Positions 51,380 to 62,777 of a stretch of 62,777 nt of DNA are shown one piece after another. The notes beneath the pieces were generated by a model that saw nothing but the letters and a program-made list of their open reading frames with translations, searched no databases and was not told the origin of the DNA. The position numbers were made by a program, and so were the translations under genes. How positions within the stretch are numbered: position 1 is the stretch's first letter; each line of letters starts with the position of its first letter. Source of the stretch: Girardia tigrina (Eukaryota); the NCBI GenBank assembly GCA_001938485.1, contig MQRK01230168.1, positions 1 through 62,777 on the forward strand, read 5' to 3'.

Positions 51380-51790
51380 AAATGACTATGAACAATCATC
51401 CTGCAAAGGCCATCCAGCCTGCTCTCTTCCATGTTCAATCGAAACTAAGTTTTAACCCGGTGAAAGGTGCTGACAGACCTTTTCTACTGTACAAGTAGGT
51501 GTTGGAAGAGTAAATGCCAAACAAAGTGCCAAAAAAACTGACAGATAAAATTCGGATGCATGTTGTATTAAATCCAATTCGATTTTTAACTTCTTTCTTT
51601 GGTTTTCCGTTCCAATGAGTTATTGTAAGCTATTAAAAGCACTATTATAGAACAAATTGATGCGAAATGAATCTGATCTTAACATGGCATCTATCCAGGA
51701 GAATGTAGCACTCAGTAAAGTTCATGTTACTATCGAAAATGTACAGATTCATTGAAATTCGTTCATTGGAAACAATATTAATGAGAAAAT
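51380..51790 (-). mobile_element. hAT transposase C-terminal remnant
   Basis: FTLPTPTCTVERSVSTFHRVKT..MEESRLDGL (hATC dimerisation motif). Confidence 0.75.
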
Positions 51791-54700
51791 TTTATTGAGT
51801 TTCATATTTTTTGTAATTGATATTCTTAAGAAAACCGACCAATTTAAGATTTTGTATTTAATTGGTAAATTTTCTTTTTATAAATATTTATGAAAAACAA
51901 TTGGACAACACAATCTTTATTTGAACAGAAGGATAAAAAGAAGGAATTAATGAGATATCAGAGCTAACGAGATTGAAGTCTTAGGGAAACTAAATTAGTT
52001 AATATCACTAACATTAGGATAATACAATGTTCAAACGTTGTCGAATAGATAAATGTTTTGTTCGTAATCTCTCAGTCAAACTCAGCGTCGGTAACGAAAG
52101 TTTCAATAAATCTGATTTGATAATCTTTCTGAGGCTTTTTGACAATTTCTTCAGTTGAAATTTGAGGGTTTTTGGCAATTGTTTGTTAATTTTACTGATG
52201 ATTACATTTTCTTTTAAATTTTATATAAAATCTTTTTATTGTATTATAATTTTTTAAAATATTTTATATTGCTATAATAATCTGATAATAATAATAATTT
52301 TAACATAAACTTTCCTTCATGACTTCTTTCTAGTCTTTCTTCGTCATAAATATACATAAAAACTAAATAACAATCATTCAAATACGAAAAAAGTATAGGA
52401 TAGGGAGAGGGGATATAAAAAAAGGATATAATAATTTAATGTATATTTAAAGCATTTCAATTGTGTTTGAATGATTTCTTGTTTTAGATTCCATTCAACA
52501 CTAAAATTTTAATACACTTTCAGACTCAATTTCCAAACATTTATCCCTTTACACAGTCAGAAAATTGAGCGTGTTTTTGTCAGATTTCCAACCGATGATT
52601 CTTCAACTATTTAAATACTGAATCTCAGTTCTGTTGTAATTTTATGAATAAAAAATTATGAGAATATACTTTTTGTTCCACTAAACTTCCATTCCCATCC
52701 ATCAGATTTACGGCGATTACTTTCTTTCATCCGGCCTCATTATTTTACAAATATTTGAAACCATTTTAAAGTCTCCCAATTTTTAAAGCCTAAATGTCAT
52801 TTAATTTATTCTATTCAACAATACATTTTTTCTCATAATTGTTATACGAAAATAAAACCCGGAAATTATTAATTTTTTTGAAATCCATTTTCCGGTGATT
52901 CTTCCGGAAATAAATTACTCTATCCAAATCTTTTGAATGGAAAGGATTTGAAAGACTTTCGACTCGGAAAATTCCATGACTCTTTTACGTACGAAACAAA
53001 CACGGCTTGAAAAATTATAATGAAAATTAATAATAAAAAAATTTATTCTATTGCCAATAATTATAAAAATTATAAATTTAATTCTATATATTCACATTAA
53101 TATTATTATTAAATAAGATCAATATTCTAGACTGGCTCAAAATGATTTTTTACGAGTTATAGATGTTTATCTGAGCTTTAAAATTAATAAAATCGGTCAT
53201 GAAAATATCCATGCTCAATGAGAGCAGTAGCTCTACATCTTTCAGTAAAAATCTTTCAAAAAGCTCATTTATGCTTTCTAAAGTTTGAGTTCTCTCAATT
53301 GAAAGGTCCTTACGATATCTATAAGCTACAGCTCCCACCAAAATTATATATTATAAAATTTTGTGACGGATGTATTTCATTTGATTGAAATGCAATAAAA
53401 AAACGCAAGATCAATTATCTCAATTACAAACAAACAATAATACTTGAAGGAAGCGATTTACTATATTGAATGTCCCACTTTAGAATTGAGAACATTGACG
53501 TTTCTTCGCAGCAAGCTCTCCGCCAAATTCTTAAATTATTTAGATGCAACATTATTTAGCTGTTGATCGAGACAGCTGTGCTAATCTCTTTAAAGAGTTA
53601 GAGTCTCGTTAACTGAAGAGTAAAATATTGTTTCTTCATTTAGTACCACAAGTTCTAGTCTCAAACGTTTTACATGGTGGTATTGCGCAAAAATATTTTC
53701 GACGTATCACTTCCCCTTTGAAGCGCTCAGTGATGATAGAAGGTTATCTGTCAGCATTGACAGTGGTGTTTGAAGGAACAAGGGGAATACTTCTAGGTGC
53801 AGGACCCACAAATCAAAACCAAAGAAAAGTACCTTATGAATAATTGTGTATAAGGAACATAAATCATCCGTTATTTGGTCTGTTAACGTATCGACGAAAG
53901 TGCTTAAATTGATGAAATTGAATTTCGTTAAATAATAAAACGAGAATCCAATCATCATGTGTCCATCATGGATATTTGTGTTAAGACTTCAAATGTCATA
54001 CACTATTTTCATGAACAAAGATTTTCTTACATCCTCTATGTTTAAGGTATAACTAAAATAAAGCCCAATTAATACTTCCAGGCATACAACTGAAAAAAAT
54101 GGTTAATGATACATATATATGAGTATATTGTGTTGACACCTTATATTTTGTTATAAGCAGTCATTTGCTCTGAGCCAGTACCATTTGTGGAGCAATGCTT
54201 TAAGATACCATCTCCGAAATAAATAAAATTTGTATGAATAAGTAATCATATAATAAATTATTTTTTTTACCTGGTAATATTTATAAATCGATTAAAGTGT
54301 TAAACAATTTAAAAACATGAAAACATCTTTAGAAATACATTTATGACAATTAGCTTCTGATTCACTTACCGTGTTTCGTACAATGTAAGTAAGAAAAAGA
54401 AAGGTCCGATTTCGAGAATAAAAGAAAGAATCAATAATTTCAAAGAAAAAGTCTAACCAAAAAGAAATAAAGAAAAGAAATATTTAAAAAAAGAAAAAAA
54501 ATTAAATCCGATAATTCTATTCAAACTAAAAAAGTCTGGTCATATAGATGACGGGTGAGCTGAATTTCCATCTTGGAAAGTTTCTAATTTCATTTTTATA
54601 TCGTAATTATTATAATTTATTATTTATTGTTCTGAATTCTGTGTTGATTTGAACAGTCAGTCAATTAAGTCGGCTCCCGACATCTTTCGGTGAAGGCGCT

Positions 54701-55061
54701 GCCCAACAAAACCGTCTTGATCTGGGCTATCCAAATTGATCATGTCCTTACATGAATTCACTCTGGCTCCTCTACAATTTCACATTTCAAAGTGTCACCG
54801 ACAAACAAACTAACTAACACGTTTTAGACAAATATTATTCTATTCAAAATTACTATTTGTGGTTCTGCTCTTTAACAATCATTTCCGACGGTGATCTACC
54901 CTTTTCCCATCACCGAGACGTACTACAAATTTGATATACAAGTATTACTTCATACTTAAAATCTTTTCTACTATTTTTTGTGATCCAATTATCATTTACC
55001 TTTTCTCCTTCAATTAAGGTTGTTGCTAGTTAATATAATTTTACACATCGATTTTTTTCTT

Positions 55062-55396
55062 TTTTACAAGCTTTTATTACGTTTCATTTATTTGTTTGTC
55101 TGTCTGGATGCATCAAATCTTGCGATCGAAAATTCACCCACTTCCCCTTCACCTAGCGACATGAAACTTTCAGGACTGATGTATTCTAGGTGACAATACA
55201 CTTTTTAAAAGTCACTGCTCATCTACCGCCTTTAGTTTGGCCGCAAAAAAAGTAATTAAAGTGTCGTTCTCATGTTTTCCTCAGTAGTAGGCTTTGATAA
55301 TTCAGTCAAAAAAATGTGGGAAGTGGGTGAAATAGATACAGAATCGCAAACATATGACAAATTATAAAAGCTTGTACACCAAAATTTTTTTTTGGT
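55062..55396 (+). mobile_element. Helentron/DINE-1-like non-autonomous element
   Basis: Sub-terminal IR TACAAGCTTTTA (55065-55076) / TAAAAGCTTGTA (55365-55376); GTCT microsatellite near the 5' end; 3' hairpin ACCAAAA..TTTTGGT. Confidence 0.6.
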
Positions 55397-55737
55397 ATGA
55401 TTATACTTATTATTTATACTACTATATAAAAGGTAGTTTCAGGACATAAATCATTTGTTTCTGAGATCATTTTTTATTTAATACATATACATATATATCC
55501 TTTTCTCGTACATTTGCTCGAATGTGACAAACATATTTATTTCGACAATCGTTTATTATTATTAATTATGATTATATCACTTAAATCAAAATAATTTTAC
55601 ATCTGTAATAAGATCAAAAAAGATGTAAAAAACGAATAAAACTGTTTCTCTTCAACTTATTTCTTTTCAACAATTTATTTTAATATATTCCTTATTTCTT
55701 AGCTTATTAATATTTTCATAATTACTTTTTATTATAG

Positions 55738-55810
55738 ACTCAACAGAAGTAATATGAAGAGTATTTTATATCAGATCCTCCTAGGCATTGACTACTGTCA
55801 CAAGTCTAAT
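55738..55810 (+). CDS. CDKL1: CDKL kinase exon (subdomain VIa)
   Basis: TATAG acceptor, GTAAGT donor; 73 nt; LNRSNMKSILYQILLGIDYCHKSN; phase fits the previous exon. Confidence 0.92.
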
Positions 55811-56635
55811 GTAAGTTGTATTATATTACGTTTTAATTGCGAAAACTAATACGTAGAATTTTGAGGACTTAAAGATTTTGAAAAGAACACAAGAATACAA
55901 ATTCTAATGTGTTTTGTGAGACGTTTTACAACTACGATAAAATGTTGGAATTTTATAATGGGGAAAATTTATTTAGAAATATGTTTTATTTTTGTTTTTG
56001 CCATTTAATCACAGATTTATTTATAAGGATTAGTTTCATCATCAGTTGAATGAATCATTACATTCGATTTTAAATTATTGAGATGGGGGTCAGAGATTAC
56101 AATTTTATTGCCTAACCTAGTTTTGGCACTTGTTCCTTTTCTTTACAGAGGTTGTGACAAATCAACTCTCAATATTGCGAGGAATATTTTGAAACTTTCA
56201 GTATTCTTTATGTTGTTTTTGGTATTCTCTGTCTTACCAGGAAGGTCGATTAATATTTTTGAGTGTTTTTTGATCCAGAAATCCTTGATGATTTTAAGTA
56301 GTTTGTCCACTGTTGAAGTTAAACTGTAGGTGTTTTCTCCACAATAAAAAACTGTACATGGTTTTTATAATAATAAAAATGTTCTGCAGAGCTTAAAGGT
56401 ATCGTTCAATTAATGTAATTTTACTTTTAAGAGTATCATTGAGTCTTCATTTCCTTTCATCGAAAAAACAAAACTATTACTCAAAGAGTTAATGCACTTT
56501 TTGAATATAAAAGTCAACTAAGGACATTTTTCATATGAAAATATTCAATGCAGGCAAATTTATGCGTGGGTTATTGACGGACCACTCATTTTTTAAGTGT
56601 TTTTCTCTATTTAAATTAATAATATTGTTACATTA

Positions 56636-58020
56636 TATTAAGAACACAAATATAACTTTTAACATTTTTATTACTACAACAAGTTTGTTCGTCCTCAAGA
56701 CAATCTTTGTTAAAGCTTTTATAAATTTGTATCAATCTATTAATTAATTACTTTAAACCGTTGACTACCGAATATTTTTTGGAGATATGTTAATTTTATT
56801 GAAGTTTTAGACGTAACAAAGGTAATTCAGTATGAAAAAAATTTAGAAAAAGACAGAAATACTTATTACATAAGAGTTACAAAAATGAGTTTTTTGAGCT
56901 ACAAACAAGAGTGTTCAATGAATATTGCAGTAATATTATATTTTACTGGTTAGAATTGGTTTTTATCACTCACCTACATTAAAATGAAGTTTAGTGTGGC
57001 AAATTCGAAAACAATGTGGTACGCATAATGGTACATTACAGTCAAGGCACATGAAATAACTACAAACAATACAATTTCTTCTACTTCGTTCTCTACTCTT
57101 TGTATCTTGTGGAACATTGTCGGGAAAGTGACGAGCAACTAATCTCAAAGGTGTAGGAGCATTAGAAGGTCTACCTACTCTATTTCTCTCTGAAGCACCA
57201 TATCTCTGAAGTATTTTATACCACTTCAAAGTTTTCCTAATTGAAGCAGAGAATGATATCTGCATGTCAGTTTCATCAACAGCTCCCATTTTTTTGCGAA
57301 TATTCCATGACTAGAGCGGGCTTCATAATTTCTGTTCCTTTTATTCTATCAATTTTTCCACTGTTCAAGAAATTTGTACTATTTACAGTCAATAACATGT
57401 ATATTTCTCGTTTGTCTTACCATTTCATTGCTAGAAGAGCTGAAGACAAAAACCATTGAACATCTCCTTTTCGTGATTTTCTTGTGAATTTTGGCAATCC
57501 TTTACGATTTTTTCTCACTGTTTCACATGCTTCAGTTTTGTTCTGATGCAATAAATTGAATAGAGTTTGACTAGATAGCGAGAGAGCTTGACTAGAAAAA
57601 TTATTAGTAATATTTAGAAAAAAACTGCACTAAAAATTGCTCTTCGTTCAAAACTTATAAGCCGTAAACCCCTATACAGGTCTCCGGAAGTCAACGGGTT
57701 AATCTTATTATCTGAGCAAATGGAGATATAAATAATTTGTTAAAATATTTACTCAAAATTTATTGGATTAAAAATTAAAATGATTATTAATTATTAAAAA
57801 AATATTAATTTAATTTATTTATTTAAAAATTGTAAATAAAATTAATTAACTTATTTAAAATTTTACAATTATTTTAAATTAGAAATAAACTTAAACATTA
57901 CATATTTTTAGATAATAAGAATTAAAATATTAATCATCCATCTGGGTAGGAGAGACGAAATTTCAAATCAAACTACAACATTCAAACACAAAACATCAAA
58001 CATTCAAAATATTCCTCACA
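56636..58020 (-). mobile_element. Solo LTR interrupted by a piggyBac
   Basis: TGTGAGGAATATT...GTTCTTAATA on -; exact TSD CATTA; halves rejoin at TTAA. Confidence 0.85.
56757..57698 (-). mobile_element. Internally deleted piggyBac transposon
   Basis: TTAA TSD; TIR (C/A)CCGTTGACT.CCG; MGAVDETDM...RKTLKWYK; C-terminal CIVC..CLDC.VPLC..HCF..CH. Confidence 0.93.
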
Positions 58021-59631
58021 CATTAAATGAAACATATTTTATGTTTTTATATTAAGGTTGTCTTATAAATCATCTCCGTATTTTTAGTATTTTAAAAGAT
58101 TTATATTCACAAAACAAATCATTATTGTCTCTTATTTATTGATAAAAACTACTTCTAAATCCTAGAATCTCGACTCTAAGAATTAGACCAACCGAGTTGT
58201 GAGGGTCGTTTATGAGTATACATTGTATGTTGTCTCTCCAAAAATAATTGCCAAATTGTAATTTTTTTAAATTTAAATAATTTTAATTAGATTTAATTAA
58301 ATTTAAAAAAAGTTGAATTTAATTAAAATATATTGAATCAAATTCAACTCGAATTTATTTAAATAAAATATTTCGGTAATTATTTTAAAAATAACAATTT
58401 CAGTAAATCCAAGGGCAAATAACTGATTTTTACTGCATAAAGAAATTGTTGATCAAGGGTTTTAATTCTTTTCCTAACATAAGTCAGTTATTCTGAAACA
58501 GTATAGAACGATGTTCTGCGCATTTGAAAATGATGGAAATCTTGATGCGTAAAGAGTAGTATTAAGAACAATAAGGACGTTGCACGGTTACAAGCCTTCC
58601 ATAATTGCTGCAAGAGGACAGCTCTCAAGAAAACCAAATTCTACAGGATTCCGAATAAAGAAATAACAATTGGACTAACTAACACAAGAGTAATTCTGAG
58701 CAAAAGTCGTTTATTATTCTATGAATATAATTCACAGGAGGGTGTGACTGAGGTTTGAAGAGTTCTAAACTCTGAGATCGCCTCAGAAAATCACAGAATC
58801 AGCTGCCGTAAGAAGCAACAGATGAGAGAGAGCATTGCTCGTGATGTGCTCAAGATATTCAATAATCCGGCAGATTTGGTAGAATACAGGGAAAGTCTAA
58901 ACAAAATAGGGTTTCTCGACCAAGATGAGTAATTTAAACACCTGATCAAAGGAACCATATCTGAGTGACTAAAAGAGGTAGTCGAGCACGAGAAAGATGA
59001 TACAAAATGCTTCAGTCGCGCATCAATAAATTATTTTGCACATTTCCTTCTTGCTTTAGAGAATTTGCTGAGCAGAAGGAACTCACAGGACAATATACAA
59101 TGTGCATCTGACAACGACCCCGACGACACAGAGAATTGGTGGTTCATTCATATATCCCATGGAGAACTACCACAAAATAAAACTAATGGATGGTAACAAC
59201 GGTATTTATTAATTGATCATCGGATCCAAAGTACCGGTACTACGAACATCCAGGTAATACAAAGAGCAGAAACAGAAAAACGTACTGGATATACCAGTGT
59301 CTCTCCGTATAACTGTGAGGACTGTGAAGAGTAATCTCTAGTGTGGTGCTGAGTTTTCGGCTGGATAATATAATTGATAAAAGATATAAAGCCAAAAGTC
59401 TGCAGAATCACGGAACGAAGGAACATGAATGGTCATTTCTAAGAGGGAAACCGAAGCGTGCCTGTCATTGAAAGCTCACTCTCTTGCACATGAAGCCATC
59501 TGAGAGGATCAGAAAACCTTGTATTTGTCAAATGGTTTCTACCCGATACAGAGTGTATGAATCACTACACAGTACGCCAATTATGAGTATTATTTGTAAA
59601 ACACAGTTATCTGTCACAGTCGGATGAGGCT

Positions 59632-60007
59632 TACTAAGAACAATGATATTATGTCCAATATTTTTATTGACATCACAAATTGAATGGCCTCCAGAACAAT
59701 TTTGCACAAAACTTTCATAGCTTGACATTAATTATTCGAACAAATTTTAATTACAATTCCTTAATAATATATTTTTTAATTATTGTCAAAATCTTTACGT
59801 TACAATCCACTATTAAAATATTATTATATTAATTAATTAAAATATATTAATTAAATTTGTTGTTTGCATTTCAAAATTGTCTGAATTAATTGACTGTTCG
59901 AAACATTCAAAATATCAATCTTCCATATGGGTAGGAGAAACACAATCATAACAACAACAAACCAAACATAAAATACAATAAACACCATATCGAAAATATC
60001 CATTACA
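59632..60007 (-). mobile_element. Degenerate solo LTR, same lineage
   Basis: TTCTCCTACCCATATGGAAG box and colinear 3' end; no clear TSD. Confidence 0.65.
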
Positions 60008-60282
60008 TGCGTGTCATCGTTTTCAATTCTTGGAATAGTTTTCATGATAAAATTGATACCATATGGACTGGAATCGTCGTGTTGTAGAGGGATTTCATGT
60101 TACCAATTAAAGTCTATTTGAAAGATTGCCTTATTTAGTTGATGTATTTTTTAAACATAAAGTTTGGTATTGACCGCCCATGAAATTCATGGTGAATTAT
60201 GAATTCCAAGTATCATTAAACTCACAATATCATTTTTTGTTCATATTTTATGGACTAACCCATTTCAGCGTCGTTTCATATT

Positions 60283-60742
60283 TGTGAGGAATATTTTTGA
60301 ATTGTGTTTATTGTGTGTTGTTTGGTATGTTGTTTTAGGAGTGTGTTTCTCCCACCCAGGTGGAAGATTGGTATCTTAAATATTTTAAAACGTCGAGTTG
60401 TTTAATCAATTATTAAAAACTTAAATAATCACTTTAAAATTAAACTAATATTTCATAAATAATATTTTAATAATAATTTCTTAAAATAAATAAAAATTAT
60501 TTTAAATTTCAATTATAAATAATTTTTGTAATAATTAAATTATAATTTAAAGTATAAATTATTTTTGTAATGATTAAATTGTATTTTAAATTTGTGTGAA
60601 TAATAAGACGTTAAATAATACTATTAAGATTATCAATCAAGAATGATGACGAGCTACGCAAGTTTTACGGAGAATTGTTCTAGTGACAATTCAAATTGTG
60701 GTATAAATAAATGTAAAGGAAACTCAACTAATGTTCTTAATA
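60283..60742 (+). mobile_element. Solo LTR
   Basis: TGTGAGGAATATT...GTTCTTAATA; TSD ATATT/ATAAT. Confidence 0.88.
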
Positions 60743-60866
60743 ATAATTAAGTTTAAAACGCCATTTTTCGTGGCAATGGTCGATAGAAATGTTTGATAGT
60801 GTGCACATGTATAACAATGAGAAGCATGTAAAACAGCGGAAATTGTACATCATTGACTTTTATGAT

Positions 60867-61290
60867 AATTAAGAATACTCACAATTATTTTAACAACATT
60901 TATTATTACAACAATGAGAGTTGTCTCCGTAACTGTTCTTGGAAAATTGTAAATTTATTATGCATTCTACTTGGTAAAATTATTTTTCGTTTAAACTCCA
61001 TTCAAACTATTTTTAATTACGTTTTATAGAAATATTGTAAAATATAATCTAATTAAATTTTAATTTTGGAAATTTATTTTATTTACCTTCATTAAAACTA
61101 TTCATTAAAATTTAGCATATTTAATATTTCATTAATTAAAATTATATCAGATTATTTTTAAAATTTTAATTATGTTCTAATAATAAGTTATCATAAATAA
61201 CTCACCAATTTCCAACTGTGTTGGAGAATCACCACTAGAGGTTTGGTATATTAAAATCAACATATATACACATTTGAAAAATTTCTCACA
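60867..61290 (-). mobile_element. Solo LTR, divergent subfamily
   Basis: TGTGAGAAAT start; TTCTCCAACACAGTTGGAAA box; TSD ATGAT/ATGGT. Confidence 0.75.
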
Positions 61291-61369
61291 ATGGTATTTT
61301 AAAAAGGATGTGGAATTCCTGTGTCAAACTTTGGAACCTTTACTTTGAATGAACGTGATTCTTTATGAT

Positions 61370-61900
61370 TGTGAGGAATATTTTAAATTCGTTATGTTGA
61401 AATTGGTTTGTTGAATTTTGTATGTTGAGTTTAGTATTTGGAAATGTGTTTCTCCCACCCAGATGGAAAATTGATATTTTGGATGTTCACGATAGATAAT
61501 TATTCGAGTATAATTTACATTTTAAAGTACAGCTAAGATATTTAAAAACATTAAAAATATTAAATCTTTTCAAATTTTCATATTAAAATTTAAATAAAAT
61601 ATATAGTTTTAACTAAGTTTTGAATTAATTAAATGTTCTTTCTTTACGTAAAATAATTTGTAAATAAAATTAATATGTAAATAAAATTAATACTAAAACT
61701 ACCAAAATTTGAACTTTAAAAATAAAATCTGAAAATAATAAAAATTTTGTTCGAATAATTGTTTATTGACAAACATTAACAAAAAAATTATCAATTTAGA
61801 ACGATGTCGAATGACGAGAGTTTTGCTGAGAGTTGTCCAAAAGACAATTCTGATTGTATTGAAAATAAAAGTTTAAAAACCCATGTTGGTGTTCTTAATA
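61370..61900 (+). mobile_element. Solo LTR
   Basis: TGTGAGGAATATT...GTTCTTAATA; exact TSD ATGAT. Confidence 0.88.
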
Positions 61901-62777
61901 ATGATAAAATGAACGTTTCTCATTTTCTTAGCCGATTTCCGATGTTGAGGATCTTCGAAGATATAAATTAAGAGTTCTTCATTCAAATCAAATGAATGTT
62001 CAGAGTGAAATTTTAGAGTAGATTCAACAATTGAAGCAGCTCAAAAATGGTGTTCTTATTTTTTTAACTTGGCAATACATTTGAATAACCTAAAAAATTT
62101 AAATCAACCAAAAAAACAAAAATTATAGTTGTTCGGGATTCGAACATTTAAGTTACTGTATATTTTTTTAAATTAAATTAAATTGTCATTGTTATATATA
62201 TGTGTATATGGTTGGCTCGATCGAATGTCGAAAAATTCTCGAGAAATTTTGTAATTTGGACAATGAAAAGAATTGCAATTTGAAAGTTTTTTGTTGATGA
62301 GTTATAACGAATTGAAAAAAAAATTAAATAACGGTTATTCTCTGATAATCGATATTAAAATGAAAATCGAATTTGTTTGTGGCGAAAAATTGATCGAATT
62401 TCATTATTTCTTGTTTTTAAAGTTAATTTGATAAAGTCTGTTTTTGTTTATCTGAATCAGATTAAATAATTGAGTGCGTGATAAATGATTTTGACATTTG
62501 TTTATCAAAAACAAATCTTAAATATTTTTGAGTTGATTGTTTTCCTAAAGCGATTATTTAATGTCGTATCTGTCGAGAAAAGTACTTTACGATTGTCGGC
62601 CGGGCGTCGCCGATAATTTTGTCGACTCGACATTTTTGATTAATATAAAAAAGAATTTTAAAAATAATGAAAATATCAAATCGGAATCGCAAAGGTGGCA
62701 TAATTGCAAGAAGATGATTTATGTGAAATCATCGAGTGTTGGTGCGGCCAATTCTCATTTGCCGATTCCAGAATCAT

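Noticed and set aside
62125-62160. B-box-like GTTCGAATCCC on - (also GGTTCGATC at ~47082)
   Set aside because: No A-box or cloverleaf; not a tRNA

Overview
Very AT-rich, repeat-dense eukaryotic DNA with assembly gaps, most likely a freshwater planarian. One mariner N-terminus matches, from memory, the Girardia/Dugesia tigrina mariner. Two host genes can be rebuilt by splicing. (1) A + strand CDKL1-like kinase has exons at 36389-36563, 49603-49724 and 55738-55810 and continues beyond the window. (2) A - strand gene that the ORF track does not recover as a gene is built from small, phase-consistent exons (core 18644->9236, tentative 5' micro-exons to ~33806); its product aligns by eye with the FAM227/FWWh domain. 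An intact 140-aa antisense ORF with death-domain-like features is nested in one of its introns. The rest is a layered transposon landscape: Ty3/gypsy elements; about ten LTRs of one AT-rich lineage, most with 5-bp TSDs and a conserved E-box-containing box; GC-rich solo-LTR-like islands; several mariner lineages; Tc1, hAT, MULE, piggyBac (including a 74-bp MITE), a Helentron-like element and RTE remnants; and Penelope-like elements carrying minimal hammerhead ribozymes, one with an intact core. All homology calls are by-eye motif recognition; no searches were run.
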